Assembly (NCBI RefSeq): GCF_004296475.1
Contig: NZ_AP018162.1
Span: 180,001 to 212,000, forward strand
DNA: 32,000 nt
Direction of reading: 5' to 3'
Origin: Candidatus Saccharimonadota bacterium
GTDB lineage: Bacteria > Pseudomonadota > Gammaproteobacteria > Enterobacterales > Enterobacteriaceae
A program made the translations under genes and the position numbers. This document shows positions 1 to 9,259 of the stretch, piece after piece (within the stretch, counting starts at the first letter, position 1; each line of letters opens with the position of its first letter). The notes under the pieces were generated by a model, which did no database searches, was not told where the DNA came from, and worked only from the letters and a program-made list of their open reading frames with translations.

Positions 1-96
1 TTTTATTTCATTTATACCTTCTTCTATATTTTTTGATAATTTTATTTCTTTATCTTTGGTTAAGAGTTCTACTGAACCCATTTCTTTCATGTACAT
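1..96 (-). CDS. rpoD: RNA polymerase sigma-70 factor RpoD, 5' end only (gene continues past window start)
   Basis: Minus-strand translation from ATG 96..94 gives MYMKEMGSVELLTKDKEIKLSKNIEEGINEIK. This matches E. coli RpoD region 1.2 (..[32 protein letters not shown]..). There is an in-frame TAA at 114..112 just upstream. It lies downstream of rpsU-dnaG, as in the E. coli macromolecular-synthesis operon. Confidence 0.85.
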   Translation of the reverse strand, partial: MYMKEMGSVELLTKDKEIKLSKNIEEGINEIK

Positions 97-176
97 TTTT
101 ATAAAAAATATTTATTTATAATTTTATTATATTTTAATATATATTTTTAATTATTAATTATAATAATTTAATAAAA

Positions 177-1859
177 TTATTTTTTAAATAATTTTAAATT
201 TAATAACCACAATTTATTTTTTTCAATTTTATTTAAACCTATTTTTTTATCTTTTTTTATTAAATATTCTTGTATATTTTTTATAAAAAATTTATTTATC
301 CATTTTAATATATCAATAAATACTATATTAGTATATTTTATATTTATCATATGATTATATTTTGAAAAGTATAATATCTTTTCAAAAAAAATATTTTTTT
401 TTAATAAATTTAATAATTTATATGTATTAAATATTTTATTATTTTTATATATTTTAAATATTTCTATTAATATATTACATTTATATTTTTCTATTATATA
501 TTTTAATTCTTTTTTATTATTTATATAATAATAATAATTTGGATTTTGTATTAATAATATAGTAAATAATTTTAATGGATTTATATTATTTTTATTAAAA
601 GTTATTTTTTTATTAAAATTATTATTAATATTTCTATTATATAAATTAAAATTAATATTTATTTCTTTTTTTAGAAAAAATTTTATTAATTTTCCTGGTA
701 TTTTTTTTAAAAATTTTTTTATTAATCTTATTAATTTTATTTTTTCATATATATTAGATATATTAATATTTTTTTTTATTACCTTAAAAAAAAAATCATA
801 AAAATACATAGAATTATCTATCATATTTTCAAATTTCGTCTTTCCTATTTTTCTTATTAAAGAATCTGGATCTTCGTTTTTAGGTAAAAATAAAAATTTA
901 ACTTCTCTGTCATCTGTTATATAACATAAAATTTTATTTAACATTTTCCATGAAGCCACCCTTCCGGCTTTATCTCCATCATAACAAAATATTATTCTAT
1001 TAGAATTATTAAATAATATTTTTATTTGTTCTTCTGTAGTTGATGTTCCTAATGATGATAAAGCATAATCTATACCATTAAAATGCAATGATATTACATC
1101 AGTATATCCTTCTACTAATAATAATTTATTTATTTTAAAGTGTTTTTCTTTTATTTCTGCAAGTCCATATAATATATTTCTTTTTTTAAAAATTTTATTA
1201 TCTTTAGAATTTATATATTTAGGATATTTATCATCTAATCTTCTTCCCCCAATACCAATTATATTACCAAATGTGTTTTTTATAGGAAAAATTATTCTTA
1301 AATTAAATTTATCAATATGTATATTTTTATATTTTATAATTAATCCTAAATTTTTTAATAAATATAAGTTTTTAAAATTATTAATTAATACATTATTATA
1401 TGAAAATCCTATATTAAAAAATTTTATTATATTTATATCCCATTTTTTATCACTTATAAATTTTAATAAATATTTATTATTTATATTTTCTATTAAATTT
1501 TTTTTATATATATTACATATCTCATTCATTTTGCTATATAAAAAAAAATATTTATTTTTTTTTATATTTGATAAATTATATTTATTTTTTATATCTATAT
1601 TTAAAAGTTTTATTGTTTCATAAAAATTTATATTATAGTAATTTTTTATAAAATCTATTATATTTCCATGAGCTCCACATCCAAAACAATGATATTTTTT
1701 TTTTAATTCATTTACAACAAATGATGGATTATTTTCTTTATGAAATGGACATAAAGCAAAAAAATTATCTCCTATTTTTTTTAAATTTAAAATTAATTTT
1801 ACAAAATCAATTATACTTATATCTTTTAATAAATTGCTAATATATATGTTATTATCCAT
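177..1859 (-). CDS. dnaG: DNA primase DnaG
   Basis: 560-aa ORF with a CHC2 zinc finger (CPFHKENNPSFVVNELKKKYHCFGCGAHGN) and TOPRIM motifs (LLVEGYTDVISL, YDGDKAGR). It sits between rpsU and rpoD. Confidence 0.95.
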   Translation of the reverse strand: MDNNIYISNLLKDISIIDFVKLILNLKKIGDNFFALCPFHKENNPSFVVNELKKKYHCFGCGAHGNIIDFIKNYYNINFYETIKLLNIDIKNKYNLSNIKKNKYFFLYSKMNEICNIYKKNLIENINNKYLLKFISDKKWDINIIKFFNIGFSYNNVLINNFKNLYLLKNLGLIIKYKNIHIDKFNLRIIFPIKNTFGNIIGIGGRRLDDKYPKYINSKDNKIFKKRNILYGLAEIKEKHFKINKLLLVEGYTDVISLHFNGIDYALSSLGTSTTEEQIKILFNNSNRIIFCYDGDKAGRVASWKMLNKILCYITDDREVKFLFLPKNEDPDSLIRKIGKTKFENMIDNSMYFYDFFFKVIKKNINISNIYEKIKLIRLIKKFLKKIPGKLIKFFLKKEININFNLYNRNINNNFNKKITFNKNNINPLKLFTILLIQNPNYYYYINNKKELKYIIEKYKCNILIEIFKIYKNNKIFNTYKLLNLLKKNIFFEKILYFSKYNHMINIKYTNIVFIDILKWINKFFIKNIQEYLIKKDKKIGLNKIEKNKLWLLNLKLFKK

Positions 1860-1864
1860 TAAAA

Positions 1865-2062
1865 TTATAATTTATTTATTTTATTTTTTTTATTTATTTT
1901 TTTTTTTATTAGTAATTTATATTTTTTTCTTTTTGTAGTAGGTTTTTCATAAAATTCTCTTCGCTTAATTTCTGATATTATTCCAGCTTTTTCACATGAT
2001 TTTTTAAATTTTCTTAAAGCTAATTCAAAAGATTCATTATTTTCTATTTTTATTATTGTCAT
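1865..2062 (-). CDS. rpsU: 30S ribosomal protein S21
   Basis: 65-aa [50 protein letters not shown], which is S21 family. It lies 5 nt upstream of dnaG. Confidence 0.93.
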   Translation of the reverse strand: MTIIKIENNESFELALRKFKKSCEKAGIISEIKRREFYEKPTTKRKKYKLLIKKKINKKNKINKL

Positions 2063-2139
2063 TTTAATATACCATTTTAAAATTTATATTTATAAGTTAT
2101 TATATATAATATTTATAATTTTTCTTAATTTATTTTATA

Positions 2140-3180
2140 ATGAAAATATTGGGAATAGAGACATCTTGTGATGAAACTGGAATAGCTATATATGATAGTA
2201 CTGTTAAAAAAATATTAAATAAAGTTTATAGTCAAAAAATTCATTCTAAATATGGAGGAGTAGTTCCTGAATTAGCATCAAGAAATCATTTAAAAAAAAT
2301 TTTACCTCTAATAAAAAGTTTATTAAATGAAAAAAATATAAGTAAATATGATATAAATTGTATAGCATATACCGCAGGTCCTGGTTTATTTGGATCATTA
2401 GTTATAGGAGCGTGTATTAGTAAATCATTATCTTATTCTTTAAATATTCCTTTAATTCCTATTAATCATTTAGAAGGTCATTTATTATCGCCTATAATAG
2501 ATAAAATTATAAATTTTCCTTTTATTGGATTGATAATTTCAGGAGGGCATACACAAATAATAAAAGTTAATAATATAGGAAATTATAATATATTAGGTGA
2601 ATCTATTGATGATTCTGTAGGAGAAGCTTTTGATAAAGTTGCAAGGTTATTAGGAATAGAATACCCTGGAGGGAGAAAGTTATCAATGTTAGCAAAATAT
2701 GGTGTAAATAATAAATACAAATTTCCTAGACCTTTAATAAAAAATAAAAAATATAATTTCAGTTTTTCTGGTTTAAAAACATTTGTATCAAATATAATAA
2801 AAAATATAAAAAATATTGATTATCAAGAAAAATGTAATATAGCTAAAGAATTTGAAAATTCAGTAATAGATATTTTACTAAGCAAAAGTATCAGTGCGTT
2901 AAAAAATAATAATATAAATAATTTAGTAATATCAGGAGGGGTTAGTGCTAATACTGAAATAAGAAAAAATTTTAATAATTTAGGTAAAAAAAATAATATA
3001 AAAATTTGGTTTCCTAAATTATATCTTAGTAAAGATAATGGAGCAATGATAGCTTATGTAGGTTATTTGAAATATATTAAATATTTTAAAAAAAATAAAA
3101 ATTTAATAAAAAATAATTTGTATATAAATTCTAGATGGGATTTAGAGTTATCTGAACTTTTATATAAAAAAATTAAGTAA
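2140..3180 (+). CDS. tsaD: tRNA N6-adenosine threonylcarbamoyltransferase TsaD (YgjD/Gcp)
   Basis: 346 aa. MKILGIETSCDETGIAIYD, GGVVPELASRNH, ISGGHTQI and SGGVSAN are typical of Kae1/TsaD. It is divergent from rpsU as in E. coli. Confidence 0.93.
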   Translation: MKILGIETSCDETGIAIYDSTVKKILNKVYSQKIHSKYGGVVPELASRNHLKKILPLIKSLLNEKNISKYDINCIAYTAGPGLFGSLVIGACISKSLSYSLNIPLIPINHLEGHLLSPIIDKIINFPFIGLIISGGHTQIIKVNNIGNYNILGESIDDSVGEAFDKVARLLGIEYPGGRKLSMLAKYGVNNKYKFPRPLIKNKKYNFSFSGLKTFVSNIIKNIKNIDYQEKCNIAKEFENSVIDILLSKSISALKNNNINNLVISGGVSANTEIRKNFNNLGKKNNIKIWFPKLYLSKDNGAMIAYVGYLKYIKYFKKNKNLIKNNLYINSRWDLELSELLYKKIK

Positions 3181-4348
3181 TTTTATTTTTAACAAAAAAA
3201 TCATCTATTTTTTCTTTTTGCTTTTTAATTATTTCTAATTTTATATTTTTACCTTTAAACTTATTAATTATATCTTTTGTATAAATAGAATTTATTTCAT
3301 TTAATATAATACTAATATATTCATGTATATATATCTTTCTATTATTTAAAAAAATTATATTATTCATTTCTTCATAAGATATTTCTTTTATTATATTCAT
3401 TTTTTTTTTATCATTTAATTTTAAGTTATATATTAATTTAATAATATTTAATGAATTTAATTTTTTTATATTTTTTATTAAAAAATAATTTTTTATTACA
3501 TCAATAATTATTTTTTTAAAATATTTAGATATATTTAATTTTTTTAATAAACTAGATATTTCATATTTTATTTCATTTACATTTAAATTTTTACTTATTT
3601 CATAAATTATATATAAAAATTTATTTAATATATTTAACTTTAAATTTTTAATTTTTTTTATTTTTTTTAAAAAAAAAATTATTTTATTTTTTATATATCT
3701 TTTATCTATAATTTTATAAAATTCATTAAATAATAATTTTAAAGCTCCACACATATGTAATGTATAAAAGTAAATATGAGAATTTGTATTTAATAGTGAT
3801 TTTTTAGTTTCAATCCATATTCTTTCATATGATATATATATAAGTTCTCTTGAATTAACTATTTTTTTCATTAATTCTAATGTTAATTTATCTATTTTAA
3901 ATCCTAAATGATATAAATATGCAAATATTCTAGCAACTCTAAGAACTCTTAATGGATCATCAGAAAAATTATTAGATATATGTTTTATAATTCTTTTTTT
4001 GATATGATATAACCCCAAATATGGATCTATAATATTACCATATTTATCTTCAGCAATTGCATTTATAGTAATATCTCTTCTATATAAATCTTCTTCTATA
4101 GTAACAGAAGATGAAAAATTACATATAAAACCACTATATCCATATCCATTTTTTTTTTCTGTTCTAGCTAAAGCGTATTCTTCTTTAGTTATAGGATTTA
4201 TAAATACAGGAAAATTTTTACCTACTTGTTTAAATCCCAGTTTAATCATTTCATCTATATTTGATTCTATTACTAACCAATCTTTTTCTTTTACTGGTAA
4301 AGATAATAATTTATTTCTAATAGCTCCTCCAACTAAATATATTTTCAT
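3173..4348 (-). CDS. cca: CCA-adding tRNA nucleotidyltransferase
   Basis: 391 aa. [26 protein letters not shown] aligns position-for-position with the E. coli Cca N-terminus [34 protein letters not shown] and [11 protein letters not shown] motifs are present. Its 3' end overlaps the tsaD 3' end by 8 nt (convergent). Confidence 0.9.
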   Translation of the reverse strand: [391 protein letters not shown]

Positions 4349-4877
4349 TATTTTTATTTAAATCTTTTTTAATAATATTTAACCATATATTTATTCTTTC
4401 ATCTGTTTTTTCTGATTGATTATCTTCATCTATAGTTAATCCAAAAAAATTATTTGATTTTTTATCTAAACTTTTAGTTTTCTTAAAAAAATAGAATTTA
4501 TTAGGCCATAATCCAATTATATTAGCATTATTTTTTTTTAAAATATTATATATTAAATATATAGCATCACAAAAGTTATCAGAATAATTTATTTGATCCC
4601 CACATCCAAATAATCCTATGTACTTATTATTAAAATCAGTAGATTTTATTAAATCAATTATATTTTCCCAATCATATTGTAATTCTCCATAATACCAAGT
4701 AGGTATACCAAATAACATATATTTGAAGTTAGATATATTATCTATACTATTTTTTAATGATATATCAAATAAAATAGAATTTTCTTCTCCTATTTTATTA
4801 TTAATTATTTTAGATATTTTTTCTGTATTACCTGTATTCGTTCCAAAAAATATTCCTATTTTGTTATTTTTATTCAT
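4317..4877 (-). CDS. fldA: Flavodoxin (long-chain, FldA type)
   Basis: 186 aa, colinear with E. coli FldA: IGIFFGTNTGNTEKI, LFGIPTWYYGELQYDW, GLFGCGDQ..Y...FCDA, GLTIDEDNQ. TAG stop at 4317..4319. The last 32 nt overlap the cca start. Confidence 0.92.
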   Translation of the reverse strand: MNKNNKIGIFFGTNTGNTEKISKIINNKIGEENSILFDISLKNSIDNISNFKYMLFGIPTWYYGELQYDWENIIDLIKSTDFNNKYIGLFGCGDQINYSDNFCDAIYLIYNILKKNNANIIGLWPNKFYFFKKTKSLDKKSNNFFGLTIDEDNQSEKTDERINIWLNIIKKDLNKNNENIFSWRSY

Positions 4878-4884
4878 AATTTAT

Positions 4885-5118
4885 TTATATACTATTTATT
4901 TTAATCATTAATTTTGATTTATATCTAGAGCATTTATTTTTTTTTATTATATTTTTTTTTGTTTGTATATCTAAATATGATTGTAATTTTTTAAAATTTT
5001 CAATAGAAAGATTTTTATTTTTTGTCTCTATTGATAATTTAGTTTTTTTAATTAAAGTTTTTATTATTTTTTTACTTTTAAAATTATTTTTTTTTACTTC
5101 AATACATTTGTTATTCAT
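4885..5118 (-). CDS. rpsT: 30S ribosomal protein S20
   Basis: 77 aa. KKIIKTLIKKTKLSIETKNKNLSIENFKKLQSYLDIQTKKNIIKKNKCSRYKSKLMIKINSI aligns without gaps to E. coli S20 residues ~24-85 (RSMMRTFIKKV...[24 protein letters not shown]). It is divergent from ileS as in E. coli. Confidence 0.85.
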   Translation of the reverse strand: MNNKCIEVKKNNFKSKKIIKTLIKKTKLSIETKNKNLSIENFKKLQSYLDIQTKKNIIKKNKCSRYKSKLMIKINSI

Positions 5119-5227
5119 AATTTGAATATTTTAAAATAATATTTTTTAAAAACATATATTTAATATATAATTTTATTTAAACTTTAAATTAAAAATAAAA
5201 TTAATTAGTTATAAAAATATATAATAT

Positions 5228-8068
5228 ATGAAATTAAAAATTTTAGTTGATAATACTAATTATAAATTAAATTTACCTAAAACAAAATTTCCAATGAAAG
5301 GAAATTTAAAAATAAGAGAGAAAGAAATACTAAATGAATGGAATAAAATAAATATATATAATTTTATTAAAAGAAATAGAAAAAATGAAAATATATTTAT
5401 ATTACATGATGGACCTCCATATGCAAATGGAAATGTTCATATAGGACATATATTAAATAAAATTTTAAAAGATATAATAATAAAATTTAAAAATTTAAGC
5501 GGTTTTAATTCTATATACATACCAGGTTGGGATTGTCATGGTTTACCTATTGAATTAAAAATTAATAAGGATTTAAATTATCATAAATATGATAATAAAT
5601 TTATAGAAGAATGTAATAATTATGTATTAAAACAAATAGAAAATCAAAAAAAAGATTTTATAAATTTAGGAATAATTGCTAATTGGAATAAACCATATTT
5701 AACTATGGATAAAAATTTTGAATTATCTACATTAAAATGTTTAAAAAAAATTTTTAAGTTAGGTTATTTAAAAAATGATATTAAACCATTTTTTTGGTGT
5801 GTAAAATGTAAATCTACATTATCGCACTTTGAAATAAATTATATTAATGATGAATGTAGATCAATTTATTTATTATTTAATGTATCAAAAAATATACTTA
5901 ATATATTTAAAATAAATAATACTTATAATATAAAAAATATATCATTTTTAGCATGGACTACTACATTTTGGACGATAATAGATAATACAGGGTTATCAAT
6001 AAATCCAGATTTATACTATGATTTTATTAATATAAATAAGAATCTAAATTTAATAATATTATCAAAATTAACTGAAGAAGTTATGATTAAAATTAAAATA
6101 AAAAAATATTTTATTTTAAAAAAAATAAAAGGATATTTATTAAAAAATATTAGTATAAAACATCCAATATACAATAAAAAAATAAAATTAATTTTCGATA
6201 ACAATATAGATATAAATTTAGGAACAGGTATAGTTCATATAGCAACAGGTCATGGTAAAAATGATTATGATTTAGGATTAAAAAATAAATTAAAAATTAT
6301 AAATTCAGTGGATGAAAAAGGAAAATATAAAAATACTGATACATTATTAGATAATAAAAATATATTTGAATGTGAAAAATTAATAGTAAAATTATTAAAA
6401 AAAAATAATAGTTTTTTATATATTAAAAATATAAAACATAATTATCCTTTTTGTTCAAGACATAATTTTAAGATAATTTTTAGATTAACTAATCAATGGT
6501 TCATAGATTTAAATAAAAATAATTTAAAATTAAACATAATAAACAAATTAAATAATATAAATTGGATACCAGGATGGGGTAAAAATTATATGGAAAAAAT
6601 GATAAAAAATAGAATAGATGATTGGTGTATATCTAGACAAAGAAAATGGGGTATACCAATATCTATATTTATAAATAAAAATAATAATTCACCTCATCCT
6701 AAAACACTTAGTATTTTTAATAAAATATTTAAATTAATAAAAAATAATGGATCTAAAATATGGTGGAATGTAGATTATAAATATTTTGATATTGATGATA
6801 AAATTTATAAAAAAACAGATGATGTATTAGATGTATGGTTTGATTCTGGAAGCTCTATATTTTTTATTAAAAAAATTATTTCTAAATTAAAATATAATAA
6901 TATTGATTTATGTTTAGAAGGAAATGATCAATTTAGAGGATGGTTTATGTCATCAATACTAATATATTTTATAATAAATAATGATTTGCCTTTTAAAAAT
7001 ATATTATCTCATGGATTTGTATTGGATGATAAAAATATTAAAATATCTAAATCATTAGGAAATATAGGTAATTCTGAATCTTTATTAAAAGAAAATAGTA
7101 ACGACATAATAAGATTATGGATATCAAATTTAAATTATAAAAAAAATATAACAATATATTATAATTCATTTAATATAATAAATGATTATTATAGAAAAAT
7201 AAGAAATATATCAAGATTTATTTTATCAAGTTTATATGATTTTAATATTAAAAAAAATTTAATAAATTTTAAAAATTTATTATATATTGACAAATGGATA
7301 TTAAGTTCTATAAATAACATACAAAATAAAATTATAAATTATTATAATAATTTTAACTTTCATTTAGTTGTAGACACTTTAATAAAATTTTTATCTAATG
7401 AAATTAGTTTATTTATAGATATAACTAAAGATAGACAATATACTAATAAATCTAATTCAATATCGAGAAGAAGTTTACAAACATCTATGTATCATATAAT
7501 AGAATCTATAACAAGATTAATATTTCCTATATTACCTTTCACTTCATATGATATATACAGAAATATAAATAAAAATAAAAAAAAAAATAAATATATATTT
7601 ATAGAAAAATGGTATGACTTAAGTAAATTTAGCATAAATAACGAAAATATATTTAATCATAATTTTTGGAATTCAGTTTTTTATATAAAAAGTAAAATAA
7701 ATAAAATAATAGAACATTGTAAAAGTATATATATAATAAAAAATTCTTTAGAATCTCATATTTTTATATATACTGAAAATAAAAAATATACCTATATTTT
7801 AAAAGAATTAAAAAATGAATTAAACTTTATTTTTATTGTTTCTAAAGTATCAGTATTAAATAAAGATGAAATAAATAGTTATAATTATGATTATTCTTAT
7901 AAAATAAATAATGTAAACTTAATAAATATATTTCTAAAAAAAATAGATGGTATTAAATGTAATAGATGTTGGAATTTATTTTATAAATATGAATTAAAAA
8001 ATAATTTAATTTGTAATAGATGTATAAATAATATATTTTTAAATGGAGAAGAAAGAAAATTTGTATAA
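5228..8068 (+). CDS. ileS: Isoleucine--tRNA ligase
   Basis: 946 aa with HIGH (PYANGNVHIGH) and KMSKS (KISKSLGN) motifs. Editing-domain motifs WTTTFWT and GTGIVHIATGHG are present, as is the C-terminal Cys cluster CNRCW...CNRC. Confidence 0.97.
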   Translation: MKLKILVDNTNYKLNLPKTKFPMKGNLKIREKEILNEWNKINIYNFIKRNRKNENIFILHDGPPYANGNVHIGHILNKILKDIIIKFKNLSGFNSIYIPGWDCHGLPIELKINKDLNYHKYDNKFIEECNNYVLKQIENQKKDFINLGIIANWNKPYLTMDKNFELSTLKCLKKIFKLGYLKNDIKPFFWCVKCKSTLSHFEINYINDECRSIYLLFNVSKNILNIFKINNTYNIKNISFLAWTTTFWTIIDNTGLSINPDLYYDFININKNLNLIILSKLTEEVMIKIKIKKYFILKKIKGYLLKNISIKHPIYNKKIKLIFDNNIDINLGTGIVHIATGHGKNDYDLGLKNKLKIINSVDEKGKYKNTDTLLDNKNIFECEKLIVKLLKKNNSFLYIKNIKHNYPFCSRHNFKIIFRLTNQWFIDLNKNNLKLNIINKLNNINWIPGWGKNYMEKMIKNRIDDWCISRQRKWGIPISIFINKNNNSPHPKTLSIFNKIFKLIKNNGSKIWWNVDYKYFDIDDKIYKKTDDVLDVWFDSGSSIFFIKKIISKLKYNNIDLCLEGNDQFRGWFMSSILIYFIINNDLPFKNILSHGFVLDDKNIKISKSLGNIGNSESLLKENSNDIIRLWISNLNYKKNITIYYNSFNIINDYYRKIRNISRFILSSLYDFNIKKNLINFKNLLYIDKWILSSINNIQNKIINYYNNFNFHLVVDTLIKFLSNEISLFIDITKDRQYTNKSNSISRRSLQTSMYHIIESITRLIFPILPFTSYDIYRNINKNKKKNKYIFIEKWYDLSKFSINNENIFNHNFWNSVFYIKSKINKIIEHCKSIYIIKNSLESHIFIYTENKKYTYILKELKNELNFIFIVSKVSVLNKDEINSYNYDYSYKINNVNLINIFLKKIDGIKCNRCWNLFYKYELKNNLICNRCINNIFLNGEERKFV

Positions 8069-8492
8069 ATATTTAATATTTTTTTTTATATTAATTACAG
8101 ATTTATTAATTAAATTCTTTTTAAGAAGAAATAAGATAATAAAAAAGATAAATATATTAAATATTTTATATATATATTTATTAAATATAAATGATACTAA
8201 GAACAAAGTATCATTTAATTTTAATAGTTTTTTATATTATATTTTTATTATAAAAATATTATATTTATTATTTAAAATAATATCTAAATATACAAATAAG
8301 AAAAAATTATTAAATATTATATTTATAATTATGTTATCTGGATCAATAAGTAATATAATAGAAAAAATATTATATAAAGAAGTAATAGATTTTATAACTT
8401 TTAAGTTATATAAGTATTATTTACCAATAATGTTTAATACATCAGATATAATAATATTATTAAGTTATATAGTATTAATATTAAAAATTTAA
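8043..8492 (+). CDS. lspA: Lipoprotein signal peptidase (signal peptidase II)
   Basis: 149-aa hydrophobic ORF directly after ileS, as in E. coli. LSGSISNIIEKILYKEVIDFITF...MFNTSDIIILL parallels E. coli [22 protein letters not shown]...FNLADTAI, including both catalytic Asp positions. The start overlaps ileS by 26 nt. Confidence 0.8.
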   Translation: MEKKENLYKYLIFFFILITDLLIKFFLRRNKIIKKINILNILYIYLLNINDTKNKVSFNFNSFLYYIFIIKILYLLFKIISKYTNKKKLLNIIFIIMLSGSISNIIEKILYKEVIDFITFKLYKYYLPIMFNTSDIIILLSYIVLILKI

Positions 8493-9251
8493 TAAATTAA
8501 TAATATTTAAAATTTCATGTATCGATATATTTTCCGGTCTCATATTTAATATTTTATTATCTAATTTACTTATAATAGACAAACTAAAATATTTTAACAA
8601 ATTATTTTTTACTTTTTTCCTTTTATTATTAAATAATATAAATGTAATTTTTTTTATTTTATCTAAATCTATATTATAATTTACATTTTTTAATGACATT
8701 CTTATTATTGAGGATAAAACTTTAGGTTCAGGTATAAAAGAATTAGGTTTTATATTATCTAATATTTTTTTAGTATTAAAAAATAAATTAACTATAACCG
8801 ATAATCTACCATATTTTTTACTATTTATATTATAAAGTAATCTATCACATAATTCTTTTTGAACCATAAATAATACATCTTTTATATAATTTCTATATTT
8901 TACTATATTTATAATTATTGGCACAGAGAAACAATAAGGTAAATTTCCAAATATTACTAATTTATTTTTATTATTTTTTAAATATAAATTATAAAAATTA
9001 AAATATCTAGCATCTTCTATAATTATATCTATATTTTTTTTATATAAAAAATAATTAGGAATTATATTTTTATCTATTTCTATTAAATATATTTTTTTAA
9101 ATATATTAATTATTTTTTTAGTAATTACACAACTACCCGGTCCTATTTCAACTATACTATTACTTTTTATATTTAAATTTAAATAATTAACAATATAATC
9201 TACTATATAATTATTATTTAATATATATTGATCATATTTTATTTTTTTCAA
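8481..9251 (-). CDS. rsmA: 16S rRNA (adenine1518/1519-N6)-dimethyltransferase RsmA (KsgA)
   Basis: 256 aa with SAM-binding VEIGPGSCVIT and the GNLPY motif. It lies downstream of surA. Its 3' end overlaps the lspA 3' end by 12 nt (convergent). Confidence 0.9.
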   Translation of the reverse strand: MKKIKYDQYILNNNYIVDYIVNYLNLNIKSNSIVEIGPGSCVITKKIINIFKKIYLIEIDKNIIPNYFLYKKNIDIIIEDARYFNFYNLYLKNNKNKLVIFGNLPYCFSVPIIINIVKYRNYIKDVLFMVQKELCDRLLYNINSKKYGRLSVIVNLFFNTKKILDNIKPNSFIPEPKVLSSIIRMSLKNVNYNIDLDKIKKITFILFNNKRKKVKNNLLKYFSLSIISKLDNKILNMRPENISIHEILNIINLLNF

Positions 9252-9259
9252 ATTTATTT

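Noticed and set aside
1273-1623. 116-aa plus-strand ORF from the track (MFFIGKIILKLNLSICIF...).
   Set aside because: It lies entirely antisense within the well-supported dnaG. Its F/I/L/K-only, low-complexity composition is what the reverse complement of K/N/I-rich coding sequence produces. It has no recognisable motif.
4723-4911. 62-aa plus-strand ORF.
   Set aside because: It is antisense to the fldA 5' region and the fldA-rpsT junction, with hydrophobic low-complexity composition and no motif. It is a composition artefact.
6016-6204. 62-aa minus-strand ORF.
   Set aside because: It is antisense inside the ileS editing-domain region, for the same reasons as the other antisense ORFs.
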